Source: Polaribacter sp.
Lineage (GTDB): Bacteria > Bacteroidota > Bacteroidia > Flavobacteriales > Flavobacteriaceae
Length of the DNA: 64,000 bases
Direction: 5' to 3'
NCBI GenBank assembly: GCA_023254055.1
Contig: JALQYN010000022.1
Location: 15,263 to 79,262, forward strand
In this document: in pieces, positions 1 to 10,746 of the stretch
How positions within the stretch are numbered: the first letter of the stretch is position 1
Layout of the letters: each line of letters starts with the position of its first letter
Made by a program: the position numbers and the translations under genes
The notes under the pieces: generated by a model
What the model saw: the letters and a program-made list of their open reading frames with translations, nothing else
Databases searched by the model: none
What the model was told of the DNA's origin: nothing

Positions 1-2
1 AC

Positions 3-164
3 GGATTCAACGAAGTGCATTTATCAGCAACTATACAAACTAAAACCATTGAAAAACCTTTTGTTTCTATGAACAGTAGCAAACATTTTGATGAAACAAA
101 TTTGGCATTTTCTGATGTTCAAAAAATTAAAAACTGTTTAGCAATTATTTCGAATGAAACATAA
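3..164 (+). CDS. cutC: 3' end of probable copper homeostasis protein CutC (partial, runs off window start)
   Basis: Manual translation GFNEVHLSATIQTKTIEKPFVSMNSSKHFDETNLAFSDVQKIKNCLAIISNET*; EVHLSA resembles the CutC C-terminus; stop overlaps the next gene's start region. Confidence 0.55.
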   Translation, partial: GFNEVHLSATIQTKTIEKPFVSMNSSKHFDETNLAFSDVQKIKNCLAIISNET

Positions 165-2628
165 ATACCTTCTTTTTCTTTTAGTAATTTCTAGTCTTTA
201 TAGTTGTAAAAAAATGACTTCAGAATTACCAATTGCCTTTACTATTGATGAAAACTGGCAATTTAAATCGGTAGAAAGTACTGAATGGAAATCGGCCTCA
301 GTTCCTGGAAATGTTTTTACCGATTTATTAGATCATAAAATGATTCCTGATCCCTTTATAAAAACCAATGAAGAAAAAGTGCAATGGGTTTCTCAGAAAG
401 ACTGGGAATACCAAACTACATTTACAGTTGCTAAAGAAACATTAGAAAAAGAAAATATCAACATCACTTTTGATGGATTAGATACCTATGCTAAAATCTT
501 TCTTAACGATCAATTAATATTAACAACAGCAAATGCGTTTAGAACTTTTACTCTCGATGTAAAAAAGCACTTAAAACTTAGCAATTCGCTAAAAATAGTT
601 TTTTCTAATACTGACAGTATTGAAACGATAAAAGAGCGAAACAATCCTTATCAATTACCCGAAGGAAAAAGAATTTATACTCGTAAAGCACAGTTTCAAT
701 ATGGATGGGATTGGGGACCAAAAATTAACACTTCTGGAATTTGGAAAAACGTATCTATAAAAGCTTGGAACGACATCAAATTTGATGACATTTTTATCAA
801 ACAAAAAAACATTACAACAAACAATGCCAATTTAGAAATTGAAATTACACTTGAAAGTATTGAAGATAAAGACATTATGGTTGTCATATCTGCTGACAAA
901 CAAACTTATTCTAATCATTTAAAAGTTTCTAATGGAAAACACCGTTATAAAATTCCTTTTGATATTAAAAATCCACAGTTATGGTGGACTCATAATTTAG
1001 GAAAACCACACTTATATGATTTTAATTTTAAGCTAATTGAAAACAATAAAATAAAAGACGAAAAATCTATAAAAAAAGGAATTAGAAATATCAAATTGAT
1101 TGCTGAAAAAGATTCTATTGGAGAATCGTTTTATTTTGAACTGAATGGGAAACCTGTCTATATGAAAGGTGCCAATTATATTCCGCAAAATAGTTTTCAA
1201 AATAAAGTAACGGACAATCATTATCAAAAACTGCTCTCTGATGTGGTAGATTCTAATATGAATATGCTACGTGTTTGGGGTGGCGGAATTTATGAAAACG
1301 ATCTATTTTATGATTTGTGTGATGAAAAAGGAATTTTAGTTTGGCAAGATTTTATGTTTGCCTGCGCCATGTATCCTGGTGACACAGCTTTTTTAGCAAA
1401 CGTAAAGCAAGAAGCTGAAGAGCAGGTAAAAAGATTGAGAAATCATGCTTCTATTGCTCTTTGGGCAGGAAACAATGAAAACTCTGAAGGTTGGAAACGA
1501 TGGGGTTGGCAAGACGGTAGGACAGAAAAAGAAAAACAAGAAATTTGGAATGATTATTTAGCTGTTTTTGATACAATTTTACCAAATACTGTTGCAGAAT
1601 TTAGCGAAACAAGCTATTGGGAAAGTTCACCAAAATTTGGACGGGGAAATCCGAAATACGAATTTGAAGGCGATGCACACGATTGGTGGGTTTGGCATGA
1701 TGCCAGAACTTTTGAGCATTTTCAGAAACAAGTTCCTAGGTTTATGAGCGAGTTTGGTTTTCAATCTTTTCCGAGTTCTGAAACCATTAATTACATCAAC
1801 CAAAAAGAGGTAATTGATTTAAAAACGGATGCTATCAAATCGCATCAAAAACACATTCGTGGTTTTCAATTGATTGATGAATATATGAAACGTGATTATA
1901 AAACTCCTACAAACGATGAAGATTATGTTTATATAAGTCAGTTGTTACAAGCCAAAGGGATTGTCATGGGGATAGAAGCTCATAGAAGGGCAAAACCAAT
2001 CAATATGGGAACATTGTACTGGCAGTTAAACGATTGTTGGCCTTCAATTTCTTGGTCTAGTATTGATTATTTTGGCAACTGGAAAGCCTTGCAATACAAA
2101 GCAAAAAAAGCTTTTGAAAATGTGTTGATTTCGTATGAAGAAAATAAATTCAATATCAAAACATTTGTTATCAACGATACTTTTGATGAAGCACTTGGAG
2201 ATTTAAAAATGAGAATGATTGATTTTAAGGGAAATGAAATCTGGTCAAATTCAAGAGAAATACTAGTACAACCAAACTCGAGTCAAGAAGTATTTAGCAT
2301 CCCAAATGTTGATATTTACAGAACAAATTATATTTATATTACCGAATTCAACAATAAAAAATCGCTCTATTATTTTGAGAGTCCGAAGAATTTAAACTTA
2401 CCTAAAGGAGAAATTACAAAAGAAATTACAAAAACAACTACTGGTTTTTCAATCACATTAAAAAGTGCTGTCTTGCAAAAAGATGTGTTTTTATCTACTA
2501 AACAAAGAGGGCATTTTTCTGACAATTTCTTTGATCTCTTGCCTAACGAATCTGTTACCCTTGAGTTTAAAACAGATGCTATGACTTTGGATGATTTAAC
2601 CTTTAAAACATTGAATCAATTAAGATAA
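154..2628 (+). CDS. GH2 beta-mannosidase, probable lipoprotein
   Basis: WDWGP, RVWGGG, WQDFMFAC, GNNE, SEFGFQ and WQLNDCWP motifs; N-terminal LYSC lipobox. Confidence 0.92.
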   Translation: MKHKYLLFLLVISSLYSCKKMTSELPIAFTIDENWQFKSVESTEWKSASVPGNVFTDLLDHKMIPDPFIKTNEEKVQWVSQKDWEYQTTFTVAKETLEKENINITFDGLDTYAKIFLNDQLILTTANAFRTFTLDVKKHLKLSNSLKIVFSNTDSIETIKERNNPYQLPEGKRIYTRKAQFQYGWDWGPKINTSGIWKNVSIKAWNDIKFDDIFIKQKNITTNNANLEIEITLESIEDKDIMVVISADKQTYSNHLKVSNGKHRYKIPFDIKNPQLWWTHNLGKPHLYDFNFKLIENNKIKDEKSIKKGIRNIKLIAEKDSIGESFYFELNGKPVYMKGANYIPQNSFQNKVTDNHYQKLLSDVVDSNMNMLRVWGGGIYENDLFYDLCDEKGILVWQDFMFACAMYPGDTAFLANVKQEAEEQVKRLRNHASIALWAGNNENSEGWKRWGWQDGRTEKEKQEIWNDYLAVFDTILPNTVAEFSETSYWESSPKFGRGNPKYEFEGDAHDWWVWHDARTFEHFQKQVPRFMSEFGFQSFPSSETINYINQKEVIDLKTDAIKSHQKHIRGFQLIDEYMKRDYKTPTNDEDYVYISQLLQAKGIVMGIEAHRRAKPINMGTLYWQLNDCWPSISWSSIDYFGNWKALQYKAKKAFENVLISYEENKFNIKTFVINDTFDEALGDLKMRMIDFKGNEIWSNSREILVQPNSSQEVFSIPNVDIYRTNYIYITEFNNKKSLYYFESPKNLNLPKGEITKEITKTTTGFSITLKSAVLQKDVFLSTKQRGHFSDNFFDLLPNESVTLEFKTDAMTLDDLTFKTLNQLR

Positions 2629-2740
2629 TTGTCAGTTCGAGTAAAATTGAGAAGTATCAACAATTTTGTATAGAGAACTATTTAGAAGATATCTCGATAC
2701 AAATTTATTTTTCTCAAAATAAATTCACTCGATATGACAA
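2629..2740. repeat. Palindromic miniature (REP/RPE-like) element, GTCAGTTCGAG family
   Basis: Terminal IR TTGTCAGTTCGAGT / ACTCGATATGACAA (2 mismatches); inner IR AATTTTGTATAGAGA / TCTCGATACAAATTT; lies between convergent genes. Confidence 0.8.
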
Positions 2741-2758
2741 ACCTTTACTCTTTTTTAA

Positions 2759-2825
2759 TGTCATTCCAGTGAAGGCAGGAATCTATATGTAGTTTGTTTG
2801 GATTCCTGCTTTTGCAGGAGTGACA
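2759..2825. repeat. Palindromic miniature (REP/RPE-like) element, GTCATTCC family
   Basis: TGTCATTCCAGTGAAGGCAGGAATC ... GATTCCTGCTTTTGCAGGAGTGACA: two inverted REP-like hairpin units. Confidence 0.82.
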
Positions 2826-2827
2826 CA

Positions 2828-3784
2828 CTAATCTTTCTTTAAAAACTTCGATTCTAAAAACCCCAATCCATAACCAATATACTGTGTAAAGGAAGTAATG
2901 ATGCTTAAAAAAGCTACTATCAAGTTCTTACTTCGAAATAACGAATCAAGAAAAATTAACGTAAAATAGAATCCATAAAAGAAAAATAGTTGCCAATAAC
3001 CAAAAATAGCAGCAACACAACTGATGTCAAAACCAATGATAAATAATGAAGGGAACCAATAGGTCAGTTTAGCGGTTTCTGGATAGCGTTTATTCAATTT
3101 TGGCCTTGCGGTTCCAAAAGCAAAGGTTTGTTTAAAAAATTGTTTGATAGTACTTCTACGTTTGTGATATACAAATGCTTTTTCTAATAATTGAGTTTCA
3201 AAGCCATTTTCCCATAAACGAAATGTCAAATCAATATCTTCTCCAAATTTTAAATCCGAAAAACCGTTTGTCTTGCTAAATGCTGTCTGCGACAGCCCAA
3301 AATTAAAACTTCTTGGTTGAAATTTACCCACTGCATTTTTCTTCCCTCTGATACCTCCAGTGGTTAAAAAAGAAGTCATTGAATAATTAATTGCCTTTTG
3401 TAACGATGTAAAACTTTGATGTGCGGCATCTGGTCCACCAAAAGCATCCGTGTAGTTTGTAATCAAACCCTTAGAAACTTCTGTAAGATAATTTTTTGGC
3501 ACAATTACATCTGAATCTAAAATGAGAAAATAATTTCCGTTTGCATGGCTCATTCCGTAATTACGGCTTGCTCCTGCCCCACTATTTTCTTTAAAGAAGT
3601 ATTTTAAGTCTAACTGATTTTTATATTTCTCTACTAGGTGTTCGCTTTTGTCTGTAGAACCATCTTCTACAATCAACACTTCAAAATCATCAGAATAATC
3701 TTGCTTGGTAAGACTTTCCAATAATTCGTCTATTTCATTTGGACGATTATATACGGGAATTATGATTGAGAAGTTGATTTTCAA
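2828..3784 (-). CDS. GT2 family glycosyltransferase with C-terminal membrane segments
   Basis: SIIIPVYN, EDGSTD, LDSD and GEDIDL motifs. Confidence 0.9.
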   Translation of the reverse strand: MKINFSIIIPVYNRPNEIDELLESLTKQDYSDDFEVLIVEDGSTDKSEHLVEKYKNQLDLKYFFKENSGAGASRNYGMSHANGNYFLILDSDVIVPKNYLTEVSKGLITNYTDAFGGPDAAHQSFTSLQKAINYSMTSFLTTGGIRGKKNAVGKFQPRSFNFGLSQTAFSKTNGFSDLKFGEDIDLTFRLWENGFETQLLEKAFVYHKRRSTIKQFFKQTFAFGTARPKLNKRYPETAKLTYWFPSLFIIGFDISCVAAIFGYWQLFFFYGFYFTLIFLDSLFRSKNLIVAFLSIITSFTQYIGYGLGFLESKFLKKD

Positions 3785-3785
3785 A

Positions 3786-4148
3786 TTATACTGGGAGTTT
3801 AAAATACGGATTGTAAATCAATCCAATTACATTGTTCCAAGGATCTCTAACCGAAGCAACCATTAATTCGCCACCCACGTTGTTGGGTTTTTCGTGTTCT
3901 GTTGCTCCTAATTCTATCAATTTAGTATAGGTTTCATTAATCTTTTCAACACCCCAATAACTTAGCACATTGTCTGATTTATTAGCATTTCCTTCTTCAG
4001 GCAACAAACCTAATTCATATCCTTGAATCGAAAATCCAACATAAAACACTTCATCAAAATAAGCCTTTGTTTCAAAGGCTTTCGAGTACCATTTTTTTGC
4101 TTCCTGTAAATCTGAAACTTTGTAAATAGTAGTTCTGAGTCCTAACAT
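3786..4148 (-). CDS. VOC/glyoxalase family protein
   Basis: VSDLQEAKKWY and RDPWNN motifs; 120 aa. Confidence 0.85.
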   Translation of the reverse strand: MLGLRTTIYKVSDLQEAKKWYSKAFETKAYFDEVFYVGFSIQGYELGLLPEEGNANKSDNVLSYWGVEKINETYTKLIELGATEHEKPNNVGGELMVASVRDPWNNVIGLIYNPYFKLPV

Positions 4149-4172
4149 GAGTTTATTTATTTGATGAAACTT

Positions 4173-5825
4173 CTAATTCAATAATTCTTTTGCATGCGTA
4201 ATTGCAGATTCTGATATTTTTTTACCGCTTAGCATTTCTGCAATTTCAACAATACGTTCGTCTTCAGACAACTGCTTTAAATTGGTTGTAGTTACTCCAG
4301 CAACATCTTCTTTATACACCTTGTAATGTTGATTTCCTTTTGCAGCGATTTGAGGCAAATGGGTAATGGTAATTACTTGCATTTGTTGAGACATTTCTTG
4401 CATAATTTTTGCAATCTTATTAGAAATCTCTCCAGAAACTCCGGTGTCAATTTCATCAAAAATGATGGTAGGCAATTGTATGTTTTCAGATAAAATCTTT
4501 TTGATTGCCAACATAATTCGAGACAACTCCCCTCCAGACGCTACTTTTTTAAGTTCACCAAAACTTCCTCCTTTATTGGCAGAAAACAAAAAGCTTAATT
4601 TGTCTTTTCCGTTTGAAAGAAATGTGTCTGATGTTGATAGTTCTATAGAAAAACGGGCTTCTGGCATGCCTAAATCTGACAATAGATGTTCTAATTCTTT
4701 TTTTAAATTTGGAAGTATTTTTTTTCTTGTAGTAGAAATTTGATTTGCTACTTCATTTAGTTTCGTTGAAACTTCATCTATCTGTTTTAACTTTTGATTG
4801 ATGACTTGTTCAGCATTTTCTACCTGATCAACTTTTTCAGCTAATACTTTTTGGATCGCTAATAATTCTGCAACAGAATTCACATAATGCTTCTTTTGTA
4901 AATTGTAAAGCAATTGCAATCTGTCATTTAGTTGCTCTAACTCAACTGGATTGGAATCTATCGATTCGGTTGCATCTTCAAGTTCTGAAACAATATCATC
5001 TAACTCAATTTTTATACTGGTAATTCTATTAGAGATTTCTTCATATTCTTTAGAATAAGGCGCAATTTTTTGCAGTCTATTTTCTAAGGTATATAACAAG
5101 GTCTGAATTCCAATTTCATCTGTAGTCGCTAGATGAACTGCTTCTGAAAGATTCAATTGAATCTCTTCAACATTATTTAACTTCTCTAATTTTTCTTCAA
5201 GTTCTTCTTGTTCATCCACAATCAATTTAGCTTCATTCAACTCATTAAATAAGTGTAAGTTATAATCGTATTGTTGATTGGCTTCTCGTTGACTTGTTTC
5301 TAATTCTTGCAATTCTCTTTGATACACATGTAATTGCTTCAATCCTCGTTGATATGAAGCTAGCTTTACACTGTTCTTTGCTAAAGCATCTATGATGTGA
5401 AACTGAAAATTAGTATCCGACAACTCTAATGTTTGGTGCTGAGAATGTACATCTATCAATTTTGATTTCAATTCGTTTAATACCGAAAGCGTTACGGGTG
5501 TATCATTAACAAAAGCGCGTGATTTTCCTGAAGGTAAAATTTCGCGTCTCAAAATTGTTTGCGGTTCGTAATCTAAATCAACTGAGGTAAAAAAATCTTG
5601 TAAATGATAATTAGAAATTGCCAAGTGTGCTTCTACCACACATTTTTTAGAGGTATCTTTTAAGGTAGAAACATCTGCTCTATTTCCTAACACCAATCCT
5701 AAAGCACCTAATAAAATCGATTTCCCTGCACCCGTTTCTCCAGTAATAATAGACAATCCATCAGTAAAGTCAATAGACAACTGATTGATTAAGGCATAAT
5801 TTTGTATGGAGATTGATGCTAACAA
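4173..5825 (-). CDS. recN: DNA repair protein RecN
   Basis: GETGAGKS Walker A, coiled coil, SGGE signature, FDEID, ITHLPQ. Confidence 0.97.
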   Translation of the reverse strand: MLASISIQNYALINQLSIDFTDGLSIITGETGAGKSILLGALGLVLGNRADVSTLKDTSKKCVVEAHLAISNYHLQDFFTSVDLDYEPQTILRREILPSGKSRAFVNDTPVTLSVLNELKSKLIDVHSQHQTLELSDTNFQFHIIDALAKNSVKLASYQRGLKQLHVYQRELQELETSQREANQQYDYNLHLFNELNEAKLIVDEQEELEEKLEKLNNVEEIQLNLSEAVHLATTDEIGIQTLLYTLENRLQKIAPYSKEYEEISNRITSIKIELDDIVSELEDATESIDSNPVELEQLNDRLQLLYNLQKKHYVNSVAELLAIQKVLAEKVDQVENAEQVINQKLKQIDEVSTKLNEVANQISTTRKKILPNLKKELEHLLSDLGMPEARFSIELSTSDTFLSNGKDKLSFLFSANKGGSFGELKKVASGGELSRIMLAIKKILSENIQLPTIIFDEIDTGVSGEISNKIAKIMQEMSQQMQVITITHLPQIAAKGNQHYKVYKEDVAGVTTTNLKQLSEDERIVEIAEMLSGKKISESAITHAKELLN

Positions 5826-5849
5826 CTTAACTAATTTTAAAAGTTAAAA

Positions 5850-6743
5850 TTAGTTAATTTTTCGCCACTTATCATTATTTGTTGGAGAAATTCTTTGCAA
5901 AAGATTTTGCATTTTAGAAACATTATTTGTTCTCGGCCCATCAGAAAACATGGTGGCTATTTCATCTGCTTTGGCATCTAAGAAAAACCGAATAATAGGA
6001 TTTCCTATTACTTTATTGTACAACGGTTCTAATTGCAATACAGCATTTTCTATGGTTACTTTTGCTTTGTTTTTATCTTTAGAAAAAACATCCATACCTA
6101 GTCTATGATAGGTATATAGAATATTTTTAAACCCTGTTAATTCAGTAGAAGTCAAATTCTCTATTAAGCTAAAACGGTTTTGCTTACCCACTTCATTTGT
6201 CCATCCAGTACCTCCACTTTGTTGCGCTAATAAAAGCACATCTTTTGCTTTTTGATAGTATATATTACCTCCATTTAATTTAAATGTATCAGCATCTACT
6301 CCAAGTATTATATGAACATAATACACAAGTGTAGAAATCAAATTAGATTCGAAAATAGTTTCATTATAGTTTAAAGGCTGAAACTCATCGTATTTAAAAT
6401 TAAAATCTGAATCGTTAATATTTAAGATAGGTGTCATATAAGAAGTTCCGTAAACTGGTCTGGTAGCTTGAACTTGAATACTTGCTTCAAAACGATTAGA
6501 GCTTGGCTGTTTGTTAACGATAATGGTAAACGCACAATTAATTCTTTCTTGTGGTTTGTAACTATTTGTAGTCCATTTTTTTTGATTGATAAACTCAGTG
6601 AGTGAAGTTTGTAAGGTTGTAAAAACTTGTTTGTTTGATCCAGAAATTTTATCAGCATTTACAGTAACCAATGCATTCAATTCTTGTGCATTAACTGAGT
6701 TAAATGCTAAAAAAAGAGTAAAGAAAAGTACAAGTTTACGCAT
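5850..6743 (-). CDS. DUF4835 family exported protein (T9SS-associated PorD-like)
   Basis: Signal peptide followed by AQELNA, RPVY and DADTF motifs; typical position between coaBC and recN. Confidence 0.75.
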   Translation of the reverse strand: MRKLVLFFTLFLAFNSVNAQELNALVTVNADKISGSNKQVFTTLQTSLTEFINQKKWTTNSYKPQERINCAFTIIVNKQPSSNRFEASIQVQATRPVYGTSYMTPILNINDSDFNFKYDEFQPLNYNETIFESNLISTLVYYVHIILGVDADTFKLNGGNIYYQKAKDVLLLAQQSGGTGWTNEVGKQNRFSLIENLTSTELTGFKNILYTYHRLGMDVFSKDKNKAKVTIENAVLQLEPLYNKVIGNPIIRFFLDAKADEIATMFSDGPRTNNVSKMQNLLQRISPTNNDKWRKIN

Positions 6744-7947
6744 TGATTTTATTTAAAATATGATTGATAATATCATTAGCAACATCAGATTTTGACTTTA
6801 ATTCAAATGGTGTTTCATTTAAATCAGCATCAATAATAGTTACTTTATTTGTGTTTTTTGCAAATCCAGCACCTTTATCTTGTAATGAGTTTAAAACGAT
6901 CATGTCTAAATTTTTTCGCTGTAACTTGTCTTTTGCATTTTCAATTTCATTATTTGTCTCTAGTGCAAATCCAACTAAAAACTGTTTCTTTTTTGCCGTT
7001 CCTAAAGAAGCTAAAATATCTTTTGTAGGCTCTAACTGAATCTCTAACGAATTGGCTGCCTTTTTTATTTTCTGTATGGCAACATTTTTAGGTTTATAGT
7101 CTGCAACCGCAGCAGATAATATAGCAATATCTACGTGTGCGTATTCTCTTTGAACTGCTTCATACATCTCTAATGCAGTAGTAACATTTATTCTATTAAT
7201 GAATGAATGTTGAACTTGTTGACTTGTAGGTCCAGCTATTAAAATCACTTCAGATCCTAAATTTGCAGCTGACTTTGCAATTTCAAATCCCATTTTTCCC
7301 GTAGAATGATTTCCAATAAACCGAACTGGATCTATCGCTTCATAAGTTGGACCAGCAGTAATTAACACCTTTTTCCCTCTTAAAGGCAATTTAGAAAGGA
7401 TGTCTTTTTCTATGAAAGAAACAATATCTTCTGGTTCTGCCATTCTTCCTTCACCAACTAAACCGCTAGCTAATTCACCACTTGTAGCAGGAATTAAAAC
7501 ATTTCCAAAACTTTGTAACTTCTCTAATGAGTTTTTTGTTGATGGATGTTGATACATATCTAAATCCATTGCTGGCGCAAAATATACGGGACATTTAGCT
7601 GACAAATAGCTTGCCAATACAAGATTATCACAAGTGCCATTTGCCATTTTAGACAATGTATTTGCTGTTGCTGGTGCAACCAACATCATATCTGCCCAAA
7701 GTCCTAACTCTACATGATTATTCCACAATTCATTTTCATCTTCCTTGTCGTAAAAAGTAGATGATACTGGATTTTTTGAAAGTGTAGAAAGTGTAAGTGG
7801 AGTGATAAAATCTTTAGACGCAGGTGTCATTATAACTTTTACCTCTGCGCCAGATTTTATAAATAAACGAACCAAATTGGCCGTTTTATAAGCGGCAATA
7901 CCAGCACTAATGGCTAGTAAAACTTTTTTACCGCTTAAAATAGACAT
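6736..7947 (-). CDS. coaBC: Phosphopantothenoylcysteine decarboxylase/ligase
   Basis: GIAAYK, APATAN, PAMD, TAGPT, DPVRFI and GFALET motifs. Confidence 0.97.
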   Translation of the reverse strand: MSILSGKKVLLAISAGIAAYKTANLVRLFIKSGAEVKVIMTPASKDFITPLTLSTLSKNPVSSTFYDKEDENELWNNHVELGLWADMMLVAPATANTLSKMANGTCDNLVLASYLSAKCPVYFAPAMDLDMYQHPSTKNSLEKLQSFGNVLIPATSGELASGLVGEGRMAEPEDIVSFIEKDILSKLPLRGKKVLITAGPTYEAIDPVRFIGNHSTGKMGFEIAKSAANLGSEVILIAGPTSQQVQHSFINRINVTTALEMYEAVQREYAHVDIAILSAAVADYKPKNVAIQKIKKAANSLEIQLEPTKDILASLGTAKKKQFLVGFALETNNEIENAKDKLQRKNLDMIVLNSLQDKGAGFAKNTNKVTIIDADLNETPFELKSKSDVANDIINHILNKINA

Positions 7948-8267
7948 TACTCTGCTTCTGGAGTTCTATGGTAAACCTTATCGTTTAACCATTCTTCTAT
8001 TGCAATAGCAGTAGCTTTAGGTAGTTTTTCGTAGAATTTTGAAACTTCGATTTGCTCTTTGTTTTCAAAAACTTCTTCTAAACTATCGTTATAAGTAGCA
8101 AATTCATCTAACTTATCTAACAATTCTTTCTTTAAATCACTATTAATTTGAGTAGCTCTTTTTGCTATAATATTTATAGCTTCATAAATATTATGAGTTG
8201 GAGCTTCAATAGCATCTTTATTGTACGTAATTGTTGTTACAGGTGCATTCGTTTCTTTATAGTCCAT
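7947..8267 (-). CDS. rpoZ: RNA polymerase omega subunit (Bacteroidota type)
   Basis: NIYEAINIIAKRA and ENKEQIEVSKFYE; position between bamD and coaBC. Confidence 0.9.
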   Translation of the reverse strand: MDYKETNAPVTTITYNKDAIEAPTHNIYEAINIIAKRATQINSDLKKELLDKLDEFATYNDSLEEVFENKEQIEVSKFYEKLPKATAIAIEEWLNDKVYHRTPEAE

Positions 8268-8269
8268 TA

Positions 8270-9094
8270 TTAACTTTTTATTAATTGTTTTTGTTCTTTC
8301 TCTAAATTGGCTAACATGTTATTAGAATCTTCTAAATATTTAGTTTTAGGAAAGTTTCTTTTTAATTTTTCGTATGCTTTTATAGCATCTTTTATTCGTG
8401 TTTCTTTTCTTCTTGGAGTACTTCTTAAGGCTAAATCGTGTGACGCTTTAAGTCTGTAATACAATGCTTCTTCTTTAAAAACAGATCCTAAATAATCTTC
8501 CAATAAATTATCAAAAGCTACAATAGCAGCTTCATAATTTCTTGCAGGATCATAATCTGCAGTCGTATAATATACTTTTGCTATTTCAAAAGCTTTCTTT
8601 TGCAACTTATAGCTTATCTCTTGATAATATTTATTTGCTTCTGGAATTCTTTCTGAATCTGGATAATCTTCTATGAATTTTTGAAAAGCATCTAAGGCTT
8701 TGTTAGTGTCTGTTGGATCTAAACTAAAAGCTGGCGATGCAAGTTTGTAACTGTATGCAGATAAAAATGCTGCTTCTTCTTTCTTAGAACTCTTTGGGTA
8801 ATTTTGAGTAAATCTATTATAATAATAACCCGCTAAATCGTAGTTTTTTGTATTAAAATTAGATTGTGCTACCATAAATTGAATTCGCTCCATCTGTGGC
8901 TTACCTCTGTATGTTGGCGTAACCTTCTCAAATAAATCTAAAGCTTTGTTGTATTTTTTTGCTTCATACATCTTTGTAGCCATAGCATACTGTTGTTCTA
9001 CAGTACCTTTATTCAATACTTTTTGATACTCACTACACGATGTAAAGAGCAATCCTACAAAAGCAAAATATAATAAATTCTTCATTCTAAACAT
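8270..9094 (-). CDS. bamD: Outer membrane protein assembly factor BamD
   Basis: FTSC lipobox, TPR-like repeats, YPKS and YPDS motifs. Confidence 0.93.
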   Translation of the reverse strand: MFRMKNLLYFAFVGLLFTSCSEYQKVLNKGTVEQQYAMATKMYEAKKYNKALDLFEKVTPTYRGKPQMERIQFMVAQSNFNTKNYDLAGYYYNRFTQNYPKSSKKEEAAFLSAYSYKLASPAFSLDPTDTNKALDAFQKFIEDYPDSERIPEANKYYQEISYKLQKKAFEIAKVYYTTADYDPARNYEAAIVAFDNLLEDYLGSVFKEEALYYRLKASHDLALRSTPRRKETRIKDAIKAYEKLKRNFPKTKYLEDSNNMLANLEKEQKQLIKS

Positions 9095-9217
9095 TTGGCA
9101 AAATTAGTGATTAATTATGGATTATTAAAACGATTTTAACACAGTAAAATTGTAATGTGCAATTAACCATAAAAACCTTTAAATGATTCTTATAGTTTTA
9201 CTAAAAGTTTGTTAATG

Positions 9218-9730
9218 TTAAACCTGCTGATTTTGGGTATTTGTGATGAGTTGTTTGATGTCATTATCAAACAAATAAAAACCACTTTTATCATCACCAA
9301 TTAGGTTGATTTTGTCTAAAATGTTTCTTGCCAAAGCTTCTTCTTCAATTTGCTCAGAAACATACCATTGTAAAAAGTTATGAGTTGCATAATCTTTCTC
9401 TTGTAAAGAAACATCTACTAAATCATTGATAGCCTTAGAAACCATTACTTCGTGGTCAAATAGTGTTTGAAACATGTCCTTGAATGAACCAAATTCTGTT
9501 GGAGGTGCAGAAAGTTGAGATACTTTAGCATGACCACCACGTTCGTTGATAAATTTTATCAACTTTAGCATATGCTGCCTTTCTTCATCTGAGTGTGCAT
9601 ACATAAATTGAGAAACCCCTTCGAAACCAAGATTTTCTGCCCAAGATGCCATTGCTAAATAGACTTGAGACGATTCTGCTTCTACGGTTACTTGATTATT
9701 TAATGCTGTCTCTATCTTACTTGTTAACAT
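9218..9730 (-). CDS. ftnA: Non-heme ferritin
   Basis: EAESSQVY, EERQH, HE and FLQWYVSEQIEEE ferroxidase residues. Confidence 0.93.
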   Translation of the reverse strand: MLTSKIETALNNQVTVEAESSQVYLAMASWAENLGFEGVSQFMYAHSDEERQHMLKLIKFINERGGHAKVSQLSAPPTEFGSFKDMFQTLFDHEVMVSKAINDLVDVSLQEKDYATHNFLQWYVSEQIEEEALARNILDKINLIGDDKSGFYLFDNDIKQLITNTQNQQV

Positions 9731-9740
9731 ATTTATTGTA

Positions 9741-10616
9741 TTAAAAATTCGCTACAAAATTAGCGATTTCTTTTTGGATCTCACTCGTAGTTTTCACTAA
9801 AGGTAAACGAACTTCATCTGTGGTGATATTTAGCTCTTGTAAAACTGTTTTAATTCCTGCTGGATTATTTTCTGTAAAGATTAAATTTATAATCTCTATC
9901 AACTTAAATTGAAGAGCATACGCCTCTTTATTTTTACCCTCTAAGCCAAAATTTATTAGAGAAGAAAATTCTTTTGGAAATGCTTGACCAATCACAGAAA
10001 TAACTCCAGAAGCTCCCGCCAAAACTACTGGTAATGCCAAATCATCATCTCCAGAAATAATTAAAAAATTCTTAGGTTTATTTTTAATCAACTCTAAATA
10101 TTGCTGCATATTTCCGGCTGCCTCTTTAACTGCTATTACATTTTCAAAATCATTTGCCAAACGAATAATTGTTGATGGCTCCATGTTTTTTGATGTTCTA
10201 CCTGGAACATTGTATAAAATAATAGGTTTTGGACTTGCTAAAGAAATGGCTTTAAAGTGCTGATAAAAACCTTCTTGTGTTGGTTTACTATAATAAGGTG
10301 CTACAGATAAGATTGCATCAATTTCCGATAGGTCTGCAGTATGCAATTCTTTAATAACATTTGCAGTATTGTTACCACCAACACCCAAAACCAATGGAAC
10401 CCTCTTGTTATTTACACTAGCAATTACATTAATGATTTCCTTCTTTTCATCATTCGTAATTGTAGCACTTTCTCCTGTTGTTCCATTAATCACAAGATAA
10501 TCGATTCCGTTTTCAATAGTAAAAGTAACTAGTTTTTTAAGCGCATCAAAATCTAATGTCTTATCAGATTTAAATGGTGTAACTAATGCAACTCCAGTAC
10601 CAACAAACTTTTGCAT
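9741..10616 (-). CDS. dapA: 4-hydroxy-tetrahydrodipicolinate synthase
   Basis: [17 protein letters not shown] and VKEA motifs. Confidence 0.96.
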   Translation of the reverse strand: MQKFVGTGVALVTPFKSDKTLDFDALKKLVTFTIENGIDYLVINGTTGESATITNDEKKEIINVIASVNNKRVPLVLGVGGNNTANVIKELHTADLSEIDAILSVAPYYSKPTQEGFYQHFKAISLASPKPIILYNVPGRTSKNMEPSTIIRLANDFENVIAVKEAAGNMQQYLELIKNKPKNFLIISGDDDLALPVVLAGASGVISVIGQAFPKEFSSLINFGLEGKNKEAYALQFKLIEIINLIFTENNPAGIKTVLQELNITTDEVRLPLVKTTSEIQKEIANFVANF

Positions 10617-10746
10617 TTTTCTAAATTTTATAAATATTAAACAAATTTAAGGCATTGCTAAGAAAACTCAGTTGTTAATTAGTTATAAAATGCCTATTAA
10701 CAAGAAATATAACTAATTTCTATTGAGTTGTTAATTTTACAACTAA

